This document shows, piece after piece, positions 18,966 through 26,698 of a DNA stretch of 46,017 nucleotides. The first letter of the stretch is position 1. Each line of letters starts with the position of its first letter. Under the pieces are notes generated by a model. It was not told the origin of the DNA, ran no database searches, and worked only from the letters and a program-made list of their open reading frames with translations. A program made the position numbers and the translations under genes. The DNA is from a virus (lineage: Duplodnaviria > Caudoviricetes). Location: positions 1 through 46,017 of the IMG/VR virus record IMGVR_UViG_3300023105_000057. One strand, written 5' to 3'.

Positions 18966-19371
18966 CTGCTATCTCCTCCTGACGTTGCTTCAGTTTCTTT
19001 AATTTTTTTTCTAAAGTATTTAATTCTTTTTTCAAATACTCGTTTTCACGTATAAGAGCTTCATCAGCCGGCATCCCTTCTTTTTCAATCTCAACAATCT
19101 TTTCAACAGGAACTTCCTTAATTATTTCTTTAATTACTTCTCTTACTTCAACTTCTTTATTGGCATTTTGAAGTAAATCTATTTCAGAATTTGCGTAATC
19201 TATTTGTTCTTGCAAATCCGTAATACTTGCATATGCCTCTTCTTTGTCCCTAATTGCTAAATTGACCCTAGCCTGCAAAGTAACTACCTCTAGGGTCACA
19301 TCATTATACTTTTTAGCAAGAGTATTAATATACTCATTTATTAATTTGTCATTATTAGTTTGCTCATCCAT
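18949..19371 (-). CDS. Coiled-coil protein (possible fibre chaperone)
   Basis: Heptad-rich, E/K-rich; overlaps the next gene. Confidence 0.6.
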   Translation of the reverse strand: MDEQTNNDKLINEYINTLAKKYNDVTLEVVTLQARVNLAIRDKEEAYASITDLQEQIDYANSEIDLLQNANKEVEVREVIKEIIKEVPVEKIVEIEKEGMPADEALIRENEYLKKELNTLEKKLKKLKQRQEEIADGGGT

Positions 19372-19393
19372 AACAAAGCCTCAAAAAATTAAA

Positions 19394-20659
19394 TTAGTAT
19401 GTTCCGCCGTCTAAGGTGTTAGTCCAATCAGGAGTTCCGCTGTTTGAGTACAATATGTAACCATCAGTACCTGCAGCAGTAGCCTGAAGTGCGCTAGTTC
19501 CGTTACCGTAAACAATACCGTTGCTAGTAAAAGTAGTAGCACCAGTACCACCATCGCCTACAGCAATAGCAGCTGACAAGCTAGAAACAGTACCGCCTGA
19601 TACGTTACCTTCTAAGTTGGCAACAAGTGTACCAGTAGAAATTGTCAAGTTACCAGTAGAAGCACCAGTAAATGTGCCTGTACCTACAATAAACTTGTCT
19701 GCTGATTCATCAAAACCGATGAAAGCGTTATCGCTATCACCACGTTCAATAACAAGACCTGAGTCATTAGCAGGTGCGCCTGAAACACCGTTACCGAGTT
19801 CGATAAGAGTATCACTAACTACTGAGTTGGTTGTATTCAAAGTAGTAGTTGTACCATTTACAGTCAAGTTACCTGTAATAGTAGCATTACCGCTAACAGT
19901 TGCGTCATTAGTAACTGTCAAATCGTTGCCAATGGTTACATCATTTGGCAAACCGATAGTGATAGCATTGTCAGCAACAGCAGTTTCGATTTCGTTTGCT
20001 GTACCGTTGAAAGTAATTGTTTCACCACCAGCTACTGTGTCAGCAGTACCACTGTCTGCGTCAATGTCGAATGAAGTAGCGATTGCCGCTGTAGTGACAG
20101 CAGTTACGAGACCTTTAGCATTAACTGTTACAACAGGAACAGCAGTAGTAGAACCAAATGAACCTACGTTGCTGTTTACAGTTGCAAGTGTACCTGCAGC
20201 AGTTACGTTACCAGTACCATCAAAAGTAGGTGAAGTGTAAGTCATATCACCTGAAATTGAAATTGTACGTCCTGTTTCCAGTGCTGTAGCAGTGTCTGCG
20301 TTACCAGTTACGTCACCTGTAACATTACCAGTTACGTTACCAGTAAGGTCGCCAGTTACGTTACCAGTAAGTGCTGCTGTGACAGTGCCTGCACTGAAGT
20401 TGCCAGATCCATCACGTTCTACAATAGTGCTTGCTGTGTTTGAATCAGTAGCTGCGTCAATTGCATCAGTGTAATACTTACCACCAATGGTATGAATTAC
20501 AGCGGTACTACCATCAGAATCTACTGATTCAATGTAGAGCTTAGCCGCAGCACCTGAACCACTTTGGTCCTGGCTATACGCCAGTTCGCCTTCTGCCAGA
20601 TCACTCGTAGTAGGTGCTGCTGAACCTGAAGAACGCTTTATTTGAATTACAGTTGCCAT
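19394..20659 (-). CDS. Tail fibre-like protein ending LDGGTY
   Basis: IQIKRSSGSAAP..DLAEGELAY head; GNVTG repeats; GNLTVNGTTTT; AGGAG RBS. Confidence 0.8.
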   Translation of the reverse strand: MATVIQIKRSSGSAAPTTSDLAEGELAYSQDQSGSGAAAKLYIESVDSDGSTAVIHTIGGKYYTDAIDAATDSNTASTIVERDGSGNFSAGTVTAALTGNVTGDLTGNVTGNVTGDVTGNADTATALETGRTISISGDMTYTSPTFDGTGNVTAAGTLATVNSNVGSFGSTTAVPVVTVNAKGLVTAVTTAAIATSFDIDADSGTADTVAGGETITFNGTANEIETAVADNAITIGLPNDVTIGNDLTVTNDATVSGNATITGNLTVNGTTTTLNTTNSVVSDTLIELGNGVSGAPANDSGLVIERGDSDNAFIGFDESADKFIVGTGTFTGASTGNLTISTGTLVANLEGNVSGGTVSSLSAAIAVGDGGTGATTFTSNGIVYGNGTSALQATAAGTDGYILYSNSGTPDWTNTLDGGTY

Positions 20660-20696
20660 TAGTTTCTCCTCTTAGCTTCTGTGTTTATTTTTATTG

Positions 20697-20963
20697 TTAA
20701 TATGTTCCACCGTCTAAATTCTGTACATTTGCCGCAACATCAGATGCGGGAGCTGCCTCCCAGTTTCCGGTGTCCGAATCATAAACTAAAGTATACCCGT
20801 CTTGCACCCCTGTTACATCTATTCCTTGTAATCCGGATAATGATGTTGCAGTTTGTGTTTTAGATTGTGTAGTAGTAATAGTTGATACCCTAGCTGAGGG
20901 CGTGGTAGATGATACCGTTGTTGTACTACTACTGCTTTGTGGTAAAGTTACCTTAACTGCCAT
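20697..20963 (-). CDS. Small Ser/Thr-rich virion adaptor ending LDGGTY
   Basis: LSGLQGIDVTGVQDGYTLVYDSDTGNWE fibre-type motif. Confidence 0.65.
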   Translation of the reverse strand: MAVKVTLPQSSSSTTTVSSTTPSARVSTITTTQSKTQTATSLSGLQGIDVTGVQDGYTLVYDSDTGNWEAAPASDVAANVQNLDGGTY

Positions 20964-21289
20964 TAGCGTGTTACCTCAGGAGTTACTGTTACTATCCCCT
21001 CTAAAACTCTAAGAGTCTCAGAACTTGATGCAATTTCAATATCATACACATAACGACCAGCTTTCAGATTAGAAGTCTGTGCTGCGGTTAATGATATAGT
21101 TATCTCACCCGTGTTATCAACCTGTGCTGTTGTAAAATCTGTAGCCGTAGAAGTGTAATAACTTTTTCTCATCTGTGAAGAAGTAGTATATCCCGACAGA
21201 TTTTTAGCACTACCATCAGCATTGCTGAGAGTAAGTGAAAAAGAAAAAGTTTGACCTTGATCTATTACTAGATTCTCTACTGTAGCCAT
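20963..21289 (-). CDS. Ig-like (BppU_N-like) virion protein
   Basis: NLVIDQGQTF...ISLTAAQT..LKAGRYVYDIEI...RVLEGIVTVTPEVTR, a small structural protein typical of marine T4-like phages. Confidence 0.75.
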   Translation of the reverse strand: MATVENLVIDQGQTFSFSLTLSNADGSAKNLSGYTTSSQMRKSYYTSTATDFTTAQVDNTGEITISLTAAQTSNLKAGRYVYDIEIASSSETLRVLEGIVTVTPEVTR

Positions 21290-21296
21290 ATAAATA
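21289..21296 (+). promoter_or_regulatory. T4-type late promoter box for the plus-strand glycosyltransferase cassette
   Basis: Perfect TATAAATA on the plus strand, about 50 nt upstream of the first glycosyltransferase. Confidence 0.75.
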
Positions 21297-21321
21297 TCTT
21301 ATAAGTATGAATGTGTCTACT

Positions 21322-21329
21322 TATTTATA
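21322..21329 (-). promoter_or_regulatory. T4-type late promoter box for the minus-strand fibre/neck genes
   Basis: Perfect TATAAATA on the minus strand, 32 nt upstream of the ATG at 21289. Confidence 0.8.
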
Positions 21330-21345
21330 ACATTTTGGACTTGTG

Positions 21346-21996
21346 ATGAAAACTATTTTGACCTTAAAATATGGTGACAAATATACGGCAGATGATGTGA
21401 ACCGTATATACCTCGACACCAACGGCAAGTATAACTATGTTTGTGTGACCGATAATCCTGAAGGACTACGTTCTGATATTTATACTATTCCGATTGACGG
21501 TGAACCTGAAGGACATTGGGAAAAGGTCAAACTTTTCCAATATCGTTTCGGCAAAACTTTATACTTAGATTTAGATGTAGCCATACAAAAAGACATAGGT
21601 CATTTGTTTGAATATCTTGACAAACACCCAATGATTTGTTATACTTATTGGAAACGTGAAGACTTCCCCTATCATAAAGACAAGCGGTGGTCTTATAACT
21701 ATCTAAGCAACTTTAACTCAAGCGTAATGTTATGGGAAGATGCGAGACATATATACGAGTATTGGAAAAAAGATCAAGATTATTACATGGTAAAATATGC
21801 AGGTGATGATAGATTTTTATTCCACGAAAACTTTACATTTGAACACTGGCCTGAAGGTGAGATATATTCTTTTAGATTTGACGGCCACAAATACAAACCT
21901 GACGCAACAATAGCATTACTTAATGGACAGGCAGACTTTCCGGAGTTAGTGACAGAATATTATGATGAACTTCGTGTGCATCAAATGGGGCGATAA
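21346..21996 (+). CDS. GT-A fold glycosyltransferase 1
   Basis: LKYGDKY, CVTD, WEKVKLF, LYLDLDV (DxD), FNSSVMLW, GDD, IYSF. Confidence 0.8.
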   Translation: MKTILTLKYGDKYTADDVNRIYLDTNGKYNYVCVTDNPEGLRSDIYTIPIDGEPEGHWEKVKLFQYRFGKTLYLDLDVAIQKDIGHLFEYLDKHPMICYTYWKREDFPYHKDKRWSYNYLSNFNSSVMLWEDARHIYEYWKKDQDYYMVKYAGDDRFLFHENFTFEHWPEGEIYSFRFDGHKYKPDATIALLNGQADFPELVTEYYDELRVHQMGR

Positions 21997-22720
21997 GTAC
22001 ACCCCAGATTACGTAAACAATCTGTATCGTATGGTTGAGAAAAACTATACAAAACCTTTTACCTTTACGTGTTACACAGATGAAACAGAGGGACTTGAAT
22101 GTGATACACATCCCATACCTGATGACGGATTGTTGCATCCTGTGCATTGGTTTGGCAAAGAAAAGTATTGTTGGGACAGGACAAAATTTACTGTTTTTAA
22201 TTCAAAAGAATGGTTAGGTTATGAAGGCAAATGGTGTTATTTTGATTTAGATGTAGTGATACAAAGTAACATTGATGAAATAGATACTCTTGCTAATAAA
22301 CCAAGAATGATCCACGTTCAATGGCAACCAAAAAATCAAAAGCATGAAAGGTTGTTTATTGATATGAGAGGCACTTTTTATAATTCTAGTATGATGCTTT
22401 GGAATGATGAACAAACCAAACATATATATTATGATGTTCTGATAGAAGAACAAATGGTTTTCAAAACATTCTACAAAGGATCTGACAATTATCATTATTG
22501 GAGACAACGTGACCTTTGGAAGAATATACCCTATGATTGGGTTTACAGTTATAACAGAGGAATGAAACATCCTGAAGATGTGAAACCATTTGTTTATAGG
22601 CCTGATGCTAAGATTTGTATATTCAATACTGACCTTACACCAGACCCAAAGGCAAAGAAACAAATAAAGTTTGAGGAATTGAAGGATAAAGAATTATTGA
22701 GGTTATGGAAATGCGAGTAA
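21962..22720 (+). CDS. GT-A fold glycosyltransferase 2
   Basis: CIKWGDKY..YVNNLY.MV, CYTD, YFDLDVVI, YNSSMMLW, GSDNY, VYSY. Confidence 0.8.
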   Translation: MMNFVCIKWGDKYTPDYVNNLYRMVEKNYTKPFTFTCYTDETEGLECDTHPIPDDGLLHPVHWFGKEKYCWDRTKFTVFNSKEWLGYEGKWCYFDLDVVIQSNIDEIDTLANKPRMIHVQWQPKNQKHERLFIDMRGTFYNSSMMLWNDEQTKHIYYDVLIEEQMVFKTFYKGSDNYHYWRQRDLWKNIPYDWVYSYNRGMKHPEDVKPFVYRPDAKICIFNTDLTPDPKAKKQIKFEELKDKELLRLWKCE

Positions 22721-23532
22721 ATTATATATGTTGTAAATGGGGAACAAAGTATGGACCACATTATGTCAATAAATTATATTCAATGGCTAAACGTAACACT
22801 GATGATAGCATATTTGACTTTCATTTTTACTGTTACACGGATCTTCCTGAAGGCCTTGATCCTGGGATTAAAGTTATTGACTTCCCTGACATTCCTAATA
22901 TTCATCCTAAGTATTGGTTTGGTTCTGATAGTTTCAAGTATGGAATGGCTCGCTGCTGGGATCGTCCTAAAACTTTTGTTTTTAATACTCATAACTTCGC
23001 TGACGATAAGCCTACGGGGCGTTTCGTTTTCTTAGACTTAGATGTTATAATACAAAATGATATGGGCCCTATCATTACACACGACTTAGATAGGCCAACA
23101 AAACTCAGAAGTTGGTGGCAAGATCCTCGTCCAATGAAAAGTAGAAACTTTAAACTTGCTCACGGTGCATACACAAATGGATCTTGTCAAGTGTGGTCGG
23201 ATGACCAATGTGAATGTATATGGGAAGATGTATTAAAACATCAAGAACAGATATGGTTCACATTTACTGACGGTACTGATAATTATCACAGTTGGCGCTG
23301 GGGTGAGTTTAGTAATTATAAAAAACTGTGGGGACACTTTCCAAGTTGGATGGCATACTCTTACAACAGAGGTAGAGACTGGGATGCTGATGACCTTAGA
23401 GTGGACACCTATCGTAAAGGCGCTATACTCTGTGTGTTTAATATTGACTTGTTGCCTTTTGAAGATAAATCTAGAGGCAGTACAAAACAAGATGACTTAG
23501 CAGATCCTGACTTATTGGCACATTGGCAATGA
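22711..23532 (+). CDS. GT-A fold glycosyltransferase 3
   Basis: CCKWGTKY..YVNKLY.M, CYTD, FLDLDVII, TNGSCQVW, GTDNY, AYSY. Start could be 22705. Confidence 0.8.
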   Translation: MRVNYICCKWGTKYGPHYVNKLYSMAKRNTDDSIFDFHFYCYTDLPEGLDPGIKVIDFPDIPNIHPKYWFGSDSFKYGMARCWDRPKTFVFNTHNFADDKPTGRFVFLDLDVIIQNDMGPIITHDLDRPTKLRSWWQDPRPMKSRNFKLAHGAYTNGSCQVWSDDQCECIWEDVLKHQEQIWFTFTDGTDNYHSWRWGEFSNYKKLWGHFPSWMAYSYNRGRDWDADDLRVDTYRKGAILCVFNIDLLPFEDKSRGSTKQDDLADPDLLAHWQ

Positions 23533-24233
23533 TACATATATACACCGTTAAATGGGGTGAAAAATACTCTAGCGAACACGTAAATAAAATTTACAAAGAT
23601 TGCTTTGAGAACATCTACAGTGAGTTTAAATTTTATTGTCTGACAGAAAACCCTGAAGGACTTTTAAAAAACGTAACTGTAATACCTCTACCTAAAGACA
23701 ACTACTATGAAAAATGGTGGAATAAATTATATCTTTTTGATAAAAACATCGTAACTCAGCGAGGAGAAAAAATGTTTTTGGATTTAGATATAGAAATTCA
23801 AAGAGAGCTAGATTCTTTTATAAATTATAATTGTGACAACAGAATATTTTTTATAAAAACATATTGGCACGATTTAGAAAAAATGAAAAAAGAAACTGAA
23901 CACGTACCCACAAAATATACTGATTTAAATTCTAGTGTATTAAGATGGAATGACTCTATAATTGATACTGAAATCATGGACAATTTTTGGACTATGATAA
24001 AAGACTATCCTAGTCAAATATTTTTTTATTTTAGGGGACTAGACAATCTATTCTATAATAGATTTCCTAAAGAATGTATTGATTACTTTCCTCCTGGATG
24101 GGTTTATAGTTATAACTATGGATATTATTATCCTGTTGATGTAGAAAAATATAAGTATCGGGACACACCGTATATTTGTTTATATGATTCAATGGAGAGA
24201 CCTGAAGATGTTAAAATTGAATTTTCTAACTAG
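23529..24233 (+). CDS. GT-A fold glycosyltransferase 4
   Basis: VKWGEKY, CLTE, WWNKLYLF, FLDLDI, LNSSVLRW, GLDNL, VYSY; ATGA overlap with the previous gene. Confidence 0.8.
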   Translation: MIHIYTVKWGEKYSSEHVNKIYKDCFENIYSEFKFYCLTENPEGLLKNVTVIPLPKDNYYEKWWNKLYLFDKNIVTQRGEKMFLDLDIEIQRELDSFINYNCDNRIFFIKTYWHDLEKMKKETEHVPTKYTDLNSSVLRWNDSIIDTEIMDNFWTMIKDYPSQIFFYFRGLDNLFYNRFPKECIDYFPPGWVYSYNYGYYYPVDVEKYKYRDTPYICLYDSMERPEDVKIEFSN

Positions 24234-24864
24234 TTTTAGATACTGGGGATTAGCATTAGAAAAAATTGCACATGAAATGCCCCACAAACATGATGACTTT
24301 AGAAAGTCTATGAACCCAAACACTATGGACGCAGCCGTTTGGATGATGGAAGAACTTGTAAAACAGTTAGACCCAGACAAAGAATACAATATTATCGTGT
24401 TAAATTCTTGGTTGGGCTTTCCTCTTGTACCTCTTATATGTGAAAACATAAAAGTAAAACATATGGACCTTATTGATATTGATAATGAAGCATTAGAGCT
24501 ATCCAAAGTTTTTAATAAGTATTATACTGACAACGGTATTGACATAAATCATCTTCAGTTAGATATACCTTTTGCCTTCCATGATATTAATGCTCTAGAT
24601 ACTGACATTGTTATTTCACTAGGATGTGAACAGATGTATCCATTACGAGATTTACGTACTGCAAATCCAGATTGTACGTTTGCCTTACAAACAAGTAACG
24701 TAATACAAGAGATGTACGGTATTAATTGTGTTGATAGTATTGAAGGTCATTTAGAAAACACAGGCATAACAAAACCACTCTATACAGGACAAATAGAACA
24801 GTTTTATTATAACTGGGAAGGTAAAGTTTTCTTTGACAGGTTTATGGCTATTGGAAAGAAGTAG
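24208..24864 (+). CDS. Class I SAM-dependent methyltransferase-fold protein (degenerate motif I)
   Basis: IIVLNSWLG, LIDID acidic motif II, DIVISLGCEQM, ALQTSN..INCV, RFMAIGKK resemble a phage MTase-fold family whose motif I is usually Gly-rich. Confidence 0.6.
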   Translation: MLKLNFLTSFRYWGLALEKIAHEMPHKHDDFRKSMNPNTMDAAVWMMEELVKQLDPDKEYNIIVLNSWLGFPLVPLICENIKVKHMDLIDIDNEALELSKVFNKYYTDNGIDINHLQLDIPFAFHDINALDTDIVISLGCEQMYPLRDLRTANPDCTFALQTSNVIQEMYGINCVDSIEGHLENTGITKPLYTGQIEQFYYNWEGKVFFDRFMAIGKK

Positions 24865-25504
24865 CGTCTTCTTCAGAGATGTCCTCAATCATACTACGCC
24901 AAATTTCTAAATGAGGAACAACAAATCCTAAAGTAATACGAGGCTCATAGGACCCGGCACAGTGATAATAAACTTTGTCGGGTTCTCTGCCTCTGCCATA
25001 GTATCCTACTTTACAAGTCCAACCGGGCTTGTCTTCCATAGTAACTATTTCTTTTGTGATAGGATCCATGTATCTAAAGAATCCATTGCCTGTAGGAGAA
25101 TAAGACAATAGTATGTTATACCCATGAGCATTCCAGTTATTGTGCCAACCCATAAAACCACTTTCAGGATAAAACACATTTACTGCTTGATTACGTGCGC
25201 CAAGATAGGCACACAGTTCTTCTGCTATTTTTTCTCTTTTTTCTCTATGTTCATTAGGAGCATCTTCTGAAGTTCCTATATCAACAGACAATGTTTTTTC
25301 TGGGAAACCAATATGGGCGCCGTCTTTAGCTACTATTTCTTTTAAATACTCTTCACCACAGGCTTGTTCTAGTGTCATGTTTTGATGACGTTCTCTACTG
25401 TGAGCAATCTCTGTCAATTTAGTAAGATCAGATTGAAAGAACCAATCACTATATTCTGTCAGAATATCTAATACTTCTTCGTTATTAATTTCAATCCACT
25501 TCAC
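24848..25504 (-). CDS. 2OG-Fe(II) oxygenase-like (DSBH) protein
   Basis: FYP.SGFMGWHNN (H-x-N), GFFRY, YYHCA (distal His), PRITLGF (candidate 2OG-binding Arg). Confidence 0.65.
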   Translation of the reverse strand: MKWIEINNEEVLDILTEYSDWFFQSDLTKLTEIAHSRERHQNMTLEQACGEEYLKEIVAKDGAHIGFPEKTLSVDIGTSEDAPNEHREKREKIAEELCAYLGARNQAVNVFYPESGFMGWHNNWNAHGYNILLSYSPTGNGFFRYMDPITKEIVTMEDKPGWTCKVGYYGRGREPDKVYYHCAGSYEPRITLGFVVPHLEIWRSMIEDISEEDATSFQ

Positions 25505-26211
25505 TGTAGTTGATCCTTAGGAATTGTGTGATGATATAATACTACATCTTGTCCTTGTAATTCTTCAAAGTGATACCCATTGACAAAGTTCCAACGAGCA
25601 TCTGGCTCTTTTACATATCCCCATTTAATATCATGCCCACCATATGTCAAAAGTTTCCACATAGTAAAGGTGTCCCATTTTACAACATCTTTAGGATAAT
25701 CTCCTAAGTCGTATCCTGGCTTTCTTTGTGCTACGTATTCTGTCCACCAGGCTCCCATTAGATCCATCATAGCAGGAGTTTTACGATAGACAAAGAATCC
25801 ACAATGACAAGTCATTTCTTCTGTATTAGAAATTTTTGTAATTTTAGAATTGTAGGGTCTGTTTTTAGTGAATACAATATCCTTATTGCGAGGCAGAATG
25901 TCAAAAACATTTTTTATATCTTCATGTTCACACATCATATCAGCATCAAGATATGCTGTAATGTCATAAGGGGTTTTGTTTAATGCCCAAAGTTTAGCAC
26001 GGATGTGGTCAGGTATTCCTTCAGTTATTATATTATCGAACAGTGTGTAGTCCTCAGCCTGAACCCAATGTTCGTGTGTGAAAAATGTAATGTTGGCTTC
26101 AGGCCAAAAGTCTCTGATTGATTCTGCTAATAGTTTAGCGTGTCGATAAAATCCTTTTTGTTTTGAAGCAACAATTAAAAACCCTTTAGTTTTCTTCTTC
26201 GGCACTTTCAA
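25501..26211 (-). CDS. GT-A fold nucleotide-diphospho-sugar transferase 5
   Basis: SIRDFWPEANITFFT, RAKLWAL.KTPYDITAYLDAD (DxD), HCGFFVY, WD, RWN, YHHT. Confidence 0.78.
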   Translation of the reverse strand: MKVPKKKTKGFLIVASKQKGFYRHAKLLAESIRDFWPEANITFFTHEHWVQAEDYTLFDNIITEGIPDHIRAKLWALNKTPYDITAYLDADMMCEHEDIKNVFDILPRNKDIVFTKNRPYNSKITKISNTEEMTCHCGFFVYRKTPAMMDLMGAWWTEYVAQRKPGYDLGDYPKDVVKWDTFTMWKLLTYGGHDIKWGYVKEPDARWNFVNGYHFEELQGQDVVLYHHTIPKDQLQ

Positions 26212-26647
26212 GATCCTTCATCAACAAAATAGTAGTATAAGCCTGGACTTCCATAATACTTTTAGACTTACGTATCAATCTTTTGAGTTGTGTGTTTTTT
26301 GAATTCTTAATACTATCAATTTCAAAGGCTTCTAGTTTAGCATTGAATAACGCTTCTTGTTTAGCCCTTGCTTTTTGAGATTCGCGTCTCTCAGCACTTT
26401 TCTTAATATTATTATTTCTTCTTTCAAGTGCTTGATTTGTATTGTCATCAATTTGTTCTTCAGTATACTGTTCCAACACTGCTTTCATATCAGGGTTGGT
26501 GCCTTCTTTATCATGTATAGAGGCTATTTGCTCTTTACCGTTAGGCTGAACAATCGTAACAATTAGATGGCGGTTTTCTCTATTAGACCAATAGGGATTT
26601 TTATATTGTTTTTTAGGTATGTCTGCGGAAACAGATGCTTCTGCCAT
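26186..26647 (-). CDS. Hypothetical protein, possible tail-fibre assembly chaperone
   Basis: GGAG RBS; directly downstream of the Tyr/Gly fibre; NPYWSN start followed by a charged helical region. Confidence 0.5.
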   Translation of the reverse strand: MAEASVSADIPKKQYKNPYWSNRENRHLIVTIVQPNGKEQIASIHDKEGTNPDMKAVLEQYTEEQIDDNTNQALERRNNNIKKSAERRESQKARAKQEALFNAKLEAFEIDSIKNSKNTQLKRLIRKSKSIMEVQAYTTILLMKDLESAEEEN

Positions 26648-26698
26648 AATATTTCTCCATAATTAAAAACTATATTGTAATACTATATAGTCAGTTTG

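Noticed and set aside
18949-18966. C-terminal ADGGGT of the 140-aa coiled-coil protein as a fourth DGG motif
   Set aside because: It is the alternative-frame reading of the overlapping next gene's start (ATGGCGGTGGTACTT) and lacks the L and terminal Y; probably coincidental.
19521-20240. Long antisense ORFs (239 aa here; also 37719-38168, 17755-18114, 4229-4654, 12479-12892)
   Set aside because: Expected by-product of strong codon bias and Thr/Gly/Ala-rich sense genes; no independent evidence of coding.
21346-26211. DNA hypermodification cluster as the primary interpretation
   Set aside because: Not excluded but disfavoured: late promoter, embedding among fibre genes, and no nucleotide kinase, thymidylate-synthase-like or hydroxymethylase gene in the window.
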